Shown: piece after piece, positions 38,478 through 48,500 of the stretch | Layout of the letters: the number at the start of each line of letters is the position of its first letter | Position numbering within the stretch: the first letter of the stretch is position 1 | Origin: Elusimicrobiota bacterium | GTDB lineage: Bacteria > Elusimicrobiota > Elusimicrobia > Elusimicrobiales > UBA9959 | Assembly: GCA_037137395.1 (NCBI GenBank) | Contig: JBAXKK010000004.1 | Span: 1-57,220, forward strand | DNA: 57,220 nucleotides | Reading direction: 5' to 3' | Program-made: the position numbers and the translations under genes | The notes under the pieces: model-generated | Seen by the model: only the letters and a program-made list of their open reading frames with translations | The model's database searches: none | What the model was told of the DNA's origin: nothing

Positions 38478-38729
38478 GTGAATATTATGCACAAGATCGC
38501 TGAAGTGAAACCGCTTGAGGCCTATAAAGTCCGGATACGCTTTTCTGATGGCGTATCAGGTGATGTGGATTTGTCGGATATGGCGGGGAAGGGCGTTTTT
38601 TTAGCCTGGAGTGACCTTGAATTTTTCAACAAAGTGTATATTGACCCGCAAACGCATACATTGTGTTGGCCGGGGGGAATTGATGTAGCCCCGGAAGTTT
38701 TATATGAAAATATTAAAGGAAAGGATTAA
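38478..38729 (+). CDS. DUF2442 family protein (putative antitoxin)
   Basis: IRFSDGVSGDVDL...TLCWPGGIDVAPEVLY. Typical partner of DUF4160. Confidence 0.85.
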   Translation: MNIMHKIAEVKPLEAYKVRIRFSDGVSGDVDLSDMAGKGVFLAWSDLEFFNKVYIDPQTHTLCWPGGIDVAPEVLYENIKGKD

Positions 38730-38865
38730 GTGATAAGTGGTAAGTGGCCGGGAGTCAGGGATTAGTACCGCAAGGTGGCCAGTAACCGGTATTCGGTGAC
38801 CGATAAGCAGTGGTAAGGATTGTGTGGAGGTAAGTGAATCCTTGTTACTGACGATGACGACAATT

Positions 38866-40644
38866 ATGAATCTTATCAAAAGGCTGATGAAAGCGGCGAT
38901 TCTGACGGGGCTGGCGCTTATGGCGGCTCCGGCGTCTTCGTTTGCCGCCATAACGCTGATCTCACCTGCGAACGGTGCGACGGATATTTCACAGAGTCCG
39001 CCGCTTCACGCTGTGGATCTCGCGCTTGGCACTACGGTTCAGTACCATTTTCAGGTGGACACGGCCGAAACCATGGATTCGCAGGGCTCCACTCCGCTGT
39101 TCAGCTTTGACCAGACCGTGGCGCAGTCATTTACATCAGTGGGCACATTCAGCGGTAGGAACTCCACAGCCACAGTGGCCGGTGACGCTTACAGTAGCGT
39201 CAGTGCGGCCACGTTCGTTTTTTACTCTTCAGCCAGCGCGCAGTTAACCGCTAGCGCGCAATATTATTGGCGCGTCAGAGCAAAACCCGCTACAGGCTCT
39301 TATGGTTCGTGGTCCAGTGTTTATGGTTTCGTCACCGGGCGCTTTGCTTCGGCAACTCCGGTGAATAATTTGGCTATAAGCGGGGTAACTCTGTACGGGG
39401 CTACCAGCGCGGGGCTGGCTAGTATAGGCTTTACCATAGCGGAAAACAATGTTTCAACCGGTGTATCGGCGAACCTTGCCGCGTATAATACGGCTGACTG
39501 GATATTTGTGAAGTTTTCCACCGCGGCGGGCGCGGATGGTACCTGGAACCATGCCACGCTGACCGGCGGCACGGTGGACGCGGGGGCAACCCTGACTGCG
39601 GCAAGCGATAATAAAGGTGTTTTCCTGAATCATACGGCTATATCCGCTTATTGGACGGCCGGGACCACGGTAACCTGGAATATGGCGGCGGATGGCGTCG
39701 CGCTTTCAAAAGTGCGCGTGAAGGTATTCGTCATCTCGATGGTGAAAGTGCCGACAGGCAGTTTTGTCTACAATGTCCTTAACTATGGCGGTGCTACATT
39801 CAATAATTACACCGCGGGCGGAAGCCTATCGGCAACAATTACCAATGCGGGGCTGGCCACCGGCACCGGGAGCAATAACCTGCCCTTAAACGCACCGGTA
39901 GGTTGGCCCAACGGCTACAATAGCTTCTATATTGGCCGCTACGAAGTAACGCAGGGCCAGTACGCCGACTTTCTTAATGCGGTGCACTCCAGCACGGCGG
40001 CTCTGCTTAATATTATAGGTCAGGGAATGACTAACACCGGCACATATCCCAATATATATGCTGCGGTGGACCCCAATATGCCCAGGTACTATTCATCGAT
40101 TGGCGACATATGGAGCTATCTAAGCTGGGCAGGGCTGCGCCCGCCCACTGAAATGGAATTTGAAAAGGCCGGGCGTGACCTATCGCCTGACGCACGGCCG
40201 TATTCATGGGGAAGTGCGGTGCCGCCCGCCAGCCCTTGGGTCTCCACATACTATACAGCGCCTAATGAAGGTGTGGTCCGAAGTCGCGTATATGCCAACT
40301 ACTACCAAATGGCTGGACCCTTGGATGTCGGGCGTTATATGAGCGGGGACGTGTACCGCACAGCGGCTGAAACAGGCGCGTCGCCGTGGGGAATAGCGGA
40401 TTTGACAGGTAATGTTGCGGAGTTTGTCTTAAATTGCTCTTACGCAAGCGTGCCGGCTAATGGAACAGGGACTGTATACTGGCCGGCAAATTGGCCAGCG
40501 CCAGGGTCTATTACTATAGGTAGGCGCGGGTTCGGATATTTCTTTAGTTGGAGTGGTTTGAATTTATCCCTGCGCCCGGACGTAAGCTTTGTCGGCACCG
40601 CCAGGGGCTCAGAGCTTGGCGGGCGCGGTTGCAGGACGCCGTAA
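38866..40644 (+). CDS. Secreted protein with N-terminal FN3-like domain and C-terminal FGE-type (C-type-lectin-fold) domain
   Basis: Signal peptide. LISPANG...YYWRVRA. RYEVTQGQYADFLN, LRPPTEMEFEKA, ADLTGNVAEF, terminal GGRGCRTP. Confidence 0.8.
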   Translation: MNLIKRLMKAAILTGLALMAAPASSFAAITLISPANGATDISQSPPLHAVDLALGTTVQYHFQVDTAETMDSQGSTPLFSFDQTVAQSFTSVGTFSGRNSTATVAGDAYSSVSAATFVFYSSASAQLTASAQYYWRVRAKPATGSYGSWSSVYGFVTGRFASATPVNNLAISGVTLYGATSAGLASIGFTIAENNVSTGVSANLAAYNTADWIFVKFSTAAGADGTWNHATLTGGTVDAGATLTAASDNKGVFLNHTAISAYWTAGTTVTWNMAADGVALSKVRVKVFVISMVKVPTGSFVYNVLNYGGATFNNYTAGGSLSATITNAGLATGTGSNNLPLNAPVGWPNGYNSFYIGRYEVTQGQYADFLNAVHSSTAALLNIIGQGMTNTGTYPNIYAAVDPNMPRYYSSIGDIWSYLSWAGLRPPTEMEFEKAGRDLSPDARPYSWGSAVPPASPWVSTYYTAPNEGVVRSRVYANYYQMAGPLDVGRYMSGDVYRTAAETGASPWGIADLTGNVAEFVLNCSYASVPANGTGTVYWPANWPAPGSITIGRRGFGYFFSWSGLNLSLRPDVSFVGTARGSELGGRGCRTP

Positions 40645-40816
40645 GGGCGGTAGTAAGGATTAAGGAGTAAGTGGTAAGTGGTGAGACTTAAAACTTACAA
40701 CTTAATCCTTACGACTGTTCTTACTACTTAATCCTGCAAAAAGGTAGGGAGTTCCGGGGACAGTATATTTAATTCCGGTAAGCAGTAGCATAGATTAGGG
40801 ATTAAGCGGTGAGCGT

Positions 40817-41017
40817 ATGATCGAGAAAATCGTGACGAAAGGAACGCTCGCGGACATGAAGGGGACGCTTAGGGATTTTGAGTATTGGCGCGGTAAGACT
40901 CCGGCGGAACGCGTGGCGGCTGTTGAGTTCTTAAGAAGGCAATACTATGGAAGTGCAGCCAGACTTCAAAGAGTTATCAGCGTCAGAAAGGCTGGGGCAG
41001 CCTGGACTGAAAAATGA
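40817..41017 (+). CDS. Small hypothetical protein
   Basis: DFEYWRGKTPAERVAAVEFLRRQYYG...RLQRV, directly upstream of a nucleotidyltransferase gene. Confidence 0.6.
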   Translation: MIEKIVTKGTLADMKGTLRDFEYWRGKTPAERVAAVEFLRRQYYGSAARLQRVISVRKAGAAWTEK

Positions 41018-41202
41018 AAGTTATAAGGGAACATGCTTGTTTAAAGAAAATGACTAAAGACGATGATTTTTATGTGAACATATCGGCGTCGGAGGTTGTT
41101 GGCTTTATGTGGGATTTAACAGAGGAATTGTGGTCTTTGCAAGGAAAAGAGTATGCTGAACGAAGATTACAAAGAAATGTTGCAAACATTGTTAAGAAAT
41201 GA
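41014..41202 (+). CDS. Small hypothetical protein
   Basis: Overlaps both neighbours. Shares the RLQR C-terminal motif with 40817-41017. Confidence 0.55.
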   Translation: MKVIREHACLKKMTKDDDFYVNISASEVVGFMWDLTEELWSLQGKEYAERRLQRNVANIVKK

Positions 41203-41605
41203 GGCAAAATTCCTCGTTGTGGGTGCCTATGCGATGGGCGCGTGTGGTTATCCCCGAGCAACAGGCGACATTGATATCTGGGTTGAAAGTTCCCCGGATA
41301 ACTCCGGGAAGGTGTACAAGTCTCTTTCCGAATTCGGCGCGCCATTGGCTGAATTGAATAAAGGATCTTTTTGTGAAAAGGGGATAATATTCCAAATTGG
41401 AATTGCTCCAAGAAGAATTGATGTCATTACACAGATTGATGGTGTTGAGTTTTCGCGGGCATATGAAAACAGGCAGGAAGTTGAAATTGAGGGGCTTAAA
41501 ATCCCGTTCCTGTCAAAAGCTGATATTATCACGAACAAGGAAGCCACCGGCCGCGATAAAGATAAAGCCGATGTAAAATATTTGCGAAAGACTCACAAAG
41601 TTTAA
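41153..41605 (+). CDS. Nucleotidyltransferase-fold protein
   Basis: FLVVGAYAM...PRATGDIDIWV, NKEATGRDKDKAD. Confidence 0.8.
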   Translation: MLNEDYKEMLQTLLRNEAKFLVVGAYAMGACGYPRATGDIDIWVESSPDNSGKVYKSLSEFGAPLAELNKGSFCEKGIIFQIGIAPRRIDVITQIDGVEFSRAYENRQEVEIEGLKIPFLSKADIITNKEATGRDKDKADVKYLRKTHKV

Positions 41606-41703
41606 AAGGGAGTAGTAGGGAAGGAGTAAGGCTCAGTACCGCAAAGTGGCCAGTATCCGGTAATCGGTAGTAAGGAAGTAAGAAATAAGGATTGGTGAGA
41701 AAA

Positions 41704-42021
41704 ATGACGGATTTGATAAATGAAATTACAAAAAGGATTGTTGACGGCTACAATCCCGATAAAATTATACTGTTCGGCTCATACGCTTATGGAAATCCCG
41801 CCGAAGGCAGCGATATTGATTTGTTTATTGTGAAAGATGACAGCAGAAGGAGAAGCGCCCGATTTTGCGAAGTGCGGAAAATGCTGAGAAGTTTTACGGG
41901 GATATCAATAGAGCCGTTGGTTTTTACAAATGAAGAATTAAAAAAACGGTTGGAGATAGAAGATGATTTTGTGCTGGAAATCATGAACAAGGGAAGATTT
42001 CTGTATGAGCGAAAGCAATAA
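41704..42021 (+). CDS. Minimal nucleotidyltransferase (MNT)
   Basis: PDKIILFGSYAYG...SDIDLFIV. Confidence 0.9.
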   Translation: MTDLINEITKRIVDGYNPDKIILFGSYAYGNPAEGSDIDLFIVKDDSRRRSARFCEVRKMLRSFTGISIEPLVFTNEELKKRLEIEDDFVLEIMNKGRFLYERKQ

Positions 42022-42400
42022 CGGCAAATTGAAAGCCGAAGAGTGGTTTGAAAAGGCGAAACATGATTTTGAAAGCGCCAGGCTGATCATTGAAAATGAA
42101 GGTTATCCTGATATCTCGGCGGTATTGCTTCAGCAGGCGGCGGAAAAGTATTTAAAAGGGTATCTGATAAGTCGGGGATGGAAGCTGGTTAAGACGCATG
42201 ATTTAAAGCTTTTAATAGATGAGGCGGTAAAATATGACAGCGGATTCGGGGATTTTTACGATTTAGCTGATGAGTTAACACAGTGTTATATCAGTGATAA
42301 ATATCCGCCTTCAACCACGGATGTGACTTCGGGAGAAGCGAAGAAGTATTGTGACGCGGTTCAGGCGATAATAAGTCTGATAGGCAAGGGGAAGGAGTAA
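42005..42400 (+). CDS. HEPN domain protein
   Basis: WFEKAKHDFESA...QQAAEKYLKGYL...KTHDL. Confidence 0.88.
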   Translation: MSESNNGKLKAEEWFEKAKHDFESARLIIENEGYPDISAVLLQQAAEKYLKGYLISRGWKLVKTHDLKLLIDEAVKYDSGFGDFYDLADELTQCYISDKYPPSTTDVTSGEAKKYCDAVQAIISLIGKGKE

Positions 42401-42511
42401 GTTATAAGTGGTAAGACTTGAAACTTACAACTTAATCCTGAAGTAAGAAATAAGTCGTAAGTAGTAAGACTTAAAACTTATTGCTTAATCCTTACTACTA
42501 CTGTTAAGAAT

Positions 42512-45500
42512 ATGAAAACGGTAAAAGAGACTAATGAGAGGGCTAAAAAGGTAGCGTCTACCTTTTTGGGCACCTTTGTCTCTCTTTTTGATCGTTTTGG
42601 TGAAGATTTTAGTAAAAAGGTAGCGTCTACCTTTTTAAGGGGAATTAAATATACTGTCCCCGGAATTACGTTACTGGTTACTGGTTACTGGCTACTGGCT
42701 ACCCAGCCCCTGATGGCGGCGGACTTGTTCCCGGGGCGCGGGTCGGCTATGAGTTCGGAGAGCGCGGACCTGGATGTTTCAGTGCCGGCGCTGCTTATTT
42801 CTACCCCCAGCTACCCCGCTAACGGCGCTTATGTGAATATCCCCAAGGCAGGGTTTTCCTGGGTCGGCGTCAGCACGGCGGTGGCTCAATATCTGGTGGG
42901 GAACTCGTACTATACGCTTCAGATTGATAATGACATTGATTTCACCAGCCCTGCGGTCATTCTTTCAACCCCTATCGTGCTCGGCAGTACCAGCGTCTAC
43001 AGCAGTGACAGCTCTATAGCCATTAGCACTCACTCACTATCGAACGCCACCACTTATTATTGGCGCGTGTTCACGGTTACCAACGGGCTCAGCGTATCCA
43101 GCGGGCCTTATTCCTCCACATTCAGCTTTGTTACTGACTTCAGTTCGCCCACGGCTTCCGGCTATACAATACTCTCAAGCTCCGGCGGATGGATGAGCGA
43201 AAGTCAGATGGTGGGGTTGTTCGGTAACGGTGCAACAGTGCGGATAAATGTGGCTGACGCGATATCCGGGCTTGCGGTTTCAACCGCGGCCATATGGAGC
43301 GGCAATGACTCGCACAACTGGGGGGATCTGACCGGCGGATTCAGCGTAAAATACACAACCTCTGCCGGCGCCAACTGGGTGGAGGGGGCCGGCTGGAAAG
43401 CCTCAAATGGCGGTGCTGTGGTGGTTTCTGGTCAATCGAGCACCTATTCGCTAGCCGCGTATAAGGGCAGATTGTACGCGGGGGTTTACTCACAGGTGGG
43501 TATATCTACTGACGGTGTAAACTGGTCCCAAACCACGCTGCCGGGCAATCCGGCACATGTTAAGTCGCTTACCGCTTACAATAACAATCTTTACGCCGGA
43601 ACCGTCAGCGGTAAAGTCTTTGTGCTTAATGAAACCAATGATACCTGGAGCGCGATTAATGGCGGGAATTCTATAGGCGGGTCGGTCGGGGCTATGGCTG
43701 TTTATAACGGTAGGTTATATGCGGCCATAGATGTCAACAAAGTGGCGGTATTTGACGGCACAAACTGGAGTTTAGCTAATAACGGCAATCCTGTGCTTAC
43801 GAGCGAGCTTTACATGACCGCTATGGCCGTTTACAACGGCAAGCTTTATACCGCAGGCTATTCCAGCGGCAAGGTGGCGGTGTTTGACGGCACTACCTGG
43901 GGCTTGACCAATGACGGTAACGCGTTATTTACAAGTCTACCAAGCGTGATGGCTTTCGCTGTTTACAACGGCAAACTTTATATTGGTTGCAATGGCAAGG
44001 TGTCCGTATTTGACGGCGCAAACTGGACGACAACTAATAGCGGTGCAGTATTGTTTACTGGTGCGAACTTGACGCGGGCTCTTGCAGTTTATAATGGCAA
44101 ACTGTATGCTAATACCGGCACCAACGGTAAAATGGCTGTATTTGACGGCACAAACTGGACCGTCGCTACTGCCAACACGGCGACAACAGGTATAACTTAT
44201 ACGGAAGCGCTGGTTGTTTACAATAATCAATTATATATTGGCGGCGACGGCAAAGTATCATTACTATCTCCGTCTACCATGACACTTACGGGGGCGGACG
44301 GTACTACTGACCCGCAGACGCTGTCGGCGGCCGCCAGCCTTAATCTGGTTCAGTCCACCAATACCCAGGCTTGCAACGGTTCAACCACATGCGGGGCCAC
44401 CAATCAGGTGGTGTTCAATGTTTCAGATATGGCCGGCAATGTGCGCACCTACGGCCCGTACGCCGTGCAGGTTGACCTCAGCGCCAGCCAGTTGTATGTT
44501 GCCACGCCATCCTGGCCGGTAAACGGCGCTTTTGTCAGTTTCCCGCGTCCCAATTTCAGCTTTATCGGAGTAAGCACCAATACTGGGGCCATGATCGGCG
44601 CCGGGTCGTATTATTATGTGGACTACGCGCGTGACGAGAATTTTACTACAGTCGAGGGCTCCACAACTTCGGCGCTGCTTCTGACGGACACCAACGCTTT
44701 TACGCTTGACGGCGCGCCCGGCCCCACCACCGAACTGGCCAACAACACCACTTACTATTGGCGCGTGCGAATCAAGACATTAATAAACAGCAATTACGGC
44801 ATCAATATAAGCACCGGCTGGTTTGTAACCGATTTCAGTTCGCCTACGGCCTCAGGCTATACGATATACTCAAGCACCAATGGGCAGATGAGCGAGAGCC
44901 AGGTGATAAATCTGGCGAACGGCGTAACCGCGCAGATAACGGTGACGGACGCTAGGGCCGGACTTGCGGTTTCAACCTCTGCGCTTTGGGCCGGAGGCGG
45001 CCAGATGTGGGGCGACACTACCAGTGGCTTCAGCGTTAACTATACCACCAGCGCCGGCGCCAATTGGCTGGAGGGCTCAAGCTGGACGGTAGTAAACGGG
45101 GGGCCGGGTGCTTGGGCGATGGCCGTTTATAATGGCATATTGTACGCGAGCGTCGGCCCCAGAGTAACCACATTTAACGGCACAACCTGGACTGCATCTA
45201 ACGGTAATAACGTTGTAATCCCAGCACCTGGGAACGAGTGGATACAGGCGATGGCGGTCTACAAAGGCAACTTATACGTTGGAAGCGGTTATAATGGAGG
45301 CGGTAACGGTCTGGTGGGGGTATTTAACGGCACAAGCTGGAGCGTCGCCAACAGCACACTCGCGGTTGTCCCGGGAGGGGGTGTGCTGAGTTTTGCCGTT
45401 TATAATAACAAACTATATGCGGGTACCACTATCGGTAAGATCGGCGTGTTTGACGGTACGACCTGGCAAGTATCTAATAGCGGCAACCCTGTAATCACAG

Positions 45501-48500
45501 GGGCGGCTAGTATCCACGCTCTTGCGGTTTACAATGGCAAGTTATATGCCGGGGATTGGCCGACAGGCAAGGTTGCTGTATTTGACGGCATAAACTGGAG
45601 CATGTCTAACAGCGGTGCCTCGATTGGAAGTTATCTAGCCGGATTTGTGGTTTACAACGGTAACTTATACGCGCGAAACTCCGGTTCCTACCCCCCTTTC
45701 CGTATGTTTGACGGCACAAGCTGGAGTTCTCCTGCCGCTCAGCCTCCTTCCCTTGACGGTAACACCCGGAATAGTGCGATGACCGTCTATAACGGCAAGT
45801 TGTACACCGGAGGTGTTGCCGCTTCTCCCGACTCTACCAAAGTAGCCGTGTTTAACGGTAAAACATGGGCTATGTCTAATAATGGAGCTCCGGTGGGGAT
45901 TAATTGGTTCCAAGGCTTTGTAGTTTATAATGACAGGTTATACGCGGCAACCGGCAACAGCCTATATGTGATGTCGAAGACAACCGCGACACTTGCCGGA
46001 GCCGACGGCACTACCGTGGGGCAGACCCTGGCGGCGTCCGGCAGCCTGAACCTGGTCCAGTCAACCAGTTCCGTTGGCTGTGGCGGCGTGGCCAACTGCG
46101 GCGCCACCAATCAGGTGGTTTTCAATGTTACAGATATGGCCGGCAATGTCGGGACCTATGGCCCGTACGCCGTGGTGGTGGACAGTATGGTCTCTGGCGC
46201 GCTGGAACTTGCCACGCCCACCTGGCCAGTCAATGGCGCTTTTGTAAATTTCACACGCCCAAATTTCAGCTTTGTCGGTGTAAGCACCAATACTGCGGCT
46301 ATTCTTGGCTCCGGCGCGAAATATCAGGTTGATTACGGGACCGACCCGGGCTTCGGCCTGGGGACTTATGCCTCAACCTCCACGTTTGTGGTTGTGGTTG
46401 ACACCAATATCGCTACGGTTGACGGCGCGCCCGGCCCCAACAGCAATCTGATCGACGCCACAACCTACTACTGGCGCGTGCTGGTTCAATCGGGCGCCGG
46501 CACTTATAGCGTGAACAGAAGCACCGGCTGGTTTATAACCGACTTCACCGCGCCGGTAGCTTCAGCGTTTTCGGTCCTTAATTCCACCGGCGGCGCATAT
46601 GATTATCGAACGCTGATAGATCTGATCAACGGCGTGACAGCGCAGATAAACGTGATTGACGCGGCACCGGGTTCCGGCGTGGGTTCGGGACTCGCGGTTT
46701 CAGCCTCTTCCCTGTGGGGCGGCAGTGACGGGCATGTTTGGAGTGATCTTACCAGCGGGTACAGCGTAAAATACAGCAGCACTGCCGGAGCGGTCTGGAC
46801 GGCCGGAACATGGAACGCGACAAACGGCGGCGCTGCTGTGACCTCTGGCGCGAGCACCTTCTACAGGGCGTTCTCGGCAGCGGTTTTTAATAATAAAATT
46901 TACATCGGAGATCAGAATGGTCGCGTGTTTTGGACAGCCAACAATGGCGTCGATTGGACCGCGTCAAACGGCGGCTCTGCCTTGCCCGGGAACGGCGGCA
47001 GTAAACAGTCAGCCGCGGTTTTTAACAACAAACTTTACTTTGGAGACCAAAGCGGCTATATTTTAGAAAGCTCGGACGGCGGGAGTTGGAGCGTCGTAAA
47101 CGGAGGGGCACCCCTGGATACGGGTACTCCCGCTATTTACGCTCTTGCGGTTTATAACGGCAGGCTGTACGCCGGGGCCAACAATGGTAAAGTGTATTTT
47201 AGCGCGAACGGCAGCCGCTGGAGCACCGGCGTGCCTGTGGCAAACTTTATCGGCTCGCTCGTGGTTTATAACGGCAGGCTGTACGCCGCGGATCAACAGA
47301 CTAAAAAAGTGTATGTGAGCGTTGATGGCGTCACTTGGACAGCGATAAACGGCAATGCGATCGTTTCAGCCACAGCGCTTAATGCGCTTGCGGTTTATAA
47401 CGGCAGGCTTTATGCAGGGGATAATGGTAGGGTGTATGAGAGCTCAAACGGCGATACTTGGACAGGTGGTATTGCCACCGGTAATAATATTGTGGCGGGT
47501 TTTACAACTTTCAACGGAAAGATCTACGCTCCTGACGCAGGCGGCCGCGTGTTTGAGAGCGCCGATCCTGCCGTCAGGTGGAACGCAACCAATTCCGGCG
47601 CGGCAATAACCGGCGGGGATCGGGTGGTTTGCGTTTATAATAATAAAATTTACACCGGCGGAGACGGCAGCTCCAAGATTCACGCCTTCACGCCGACCCC
47701 GGCCACGCTTACCGGAACCGACGGCACTACCACGGCTCAGACCCTTACGGCGACTGGCCTCAGCATGGCCCAGACAACCAATACATACACTTGTAACGGT
47801 GCTTTCCCCTGCGGCGCCACTAACCAGGTTATATTCAACACCACGGACAGGGCCGGGAATGTCACCACCTACGGGCCTTTCTCGGTGCAGGTTGATATTA
47901 TTAATAGCGGCATATTCGTTGCCACGCCGGCCTGGCCGGTCAACGGCGCTTTTGTCAATTTAAGTAAGCCCAATTTCAACTTTGTGGGTATAAGCACTAA
48001 TGCCGCTTCTGTAATAGGCAACGGGGCGCGCTATGTGGTGGAGTACTCGGCCGATGCGAATTTTAGTGTCGTAGGCACCACTTCAACGCTGCTTGTTCTT
48101 ACCGACACAAACGCTATTACGGTGGACGGCGCTATCGGGCCCAATGCCAGTGATCCGAATATCCCGGCTTTGGCTGATAACACCACCTATTACTGGCGCG
48201 TGAAGGTCAAGACGATCCTGAGCACCTACAGTATGTGGATAAGTACCGGCAGATTTATAACCGATTTTACCCAGCCGGTGCCGACTAATTTTAAGGCTGT
48301 CTCCTTTGGCGGCGCCCTGATGAGCGAGGGTTCATTTGTAACGCTGGCGCGCGGGGTTACGGCGCAGATAACCGTAACTGACGCGACCGGGTTGGCGGTT
48401 TCAACTTACGCCTTATCCAGCAGCGACGGCCATGACTGGGGCGATACTACCGCCGGATTTAATGTCAAATATACCACCAATTCCGGTGCCAACTGGATAG

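Larger units (their letters stand above)
37861..42503. repeat. Degenerate heptamer arrays with inverted core between cassettes (37861-37930, 38160-38190, 38722-38820, 40650-40735, 40775-40812, 41608-41699, 42390-42503)
   Basis: Units such as agtggta, aggatta, agtagta, then aga(c/t)ttaaaac-like spacers and cttacaacttaatcct. Confidence 0.8.
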
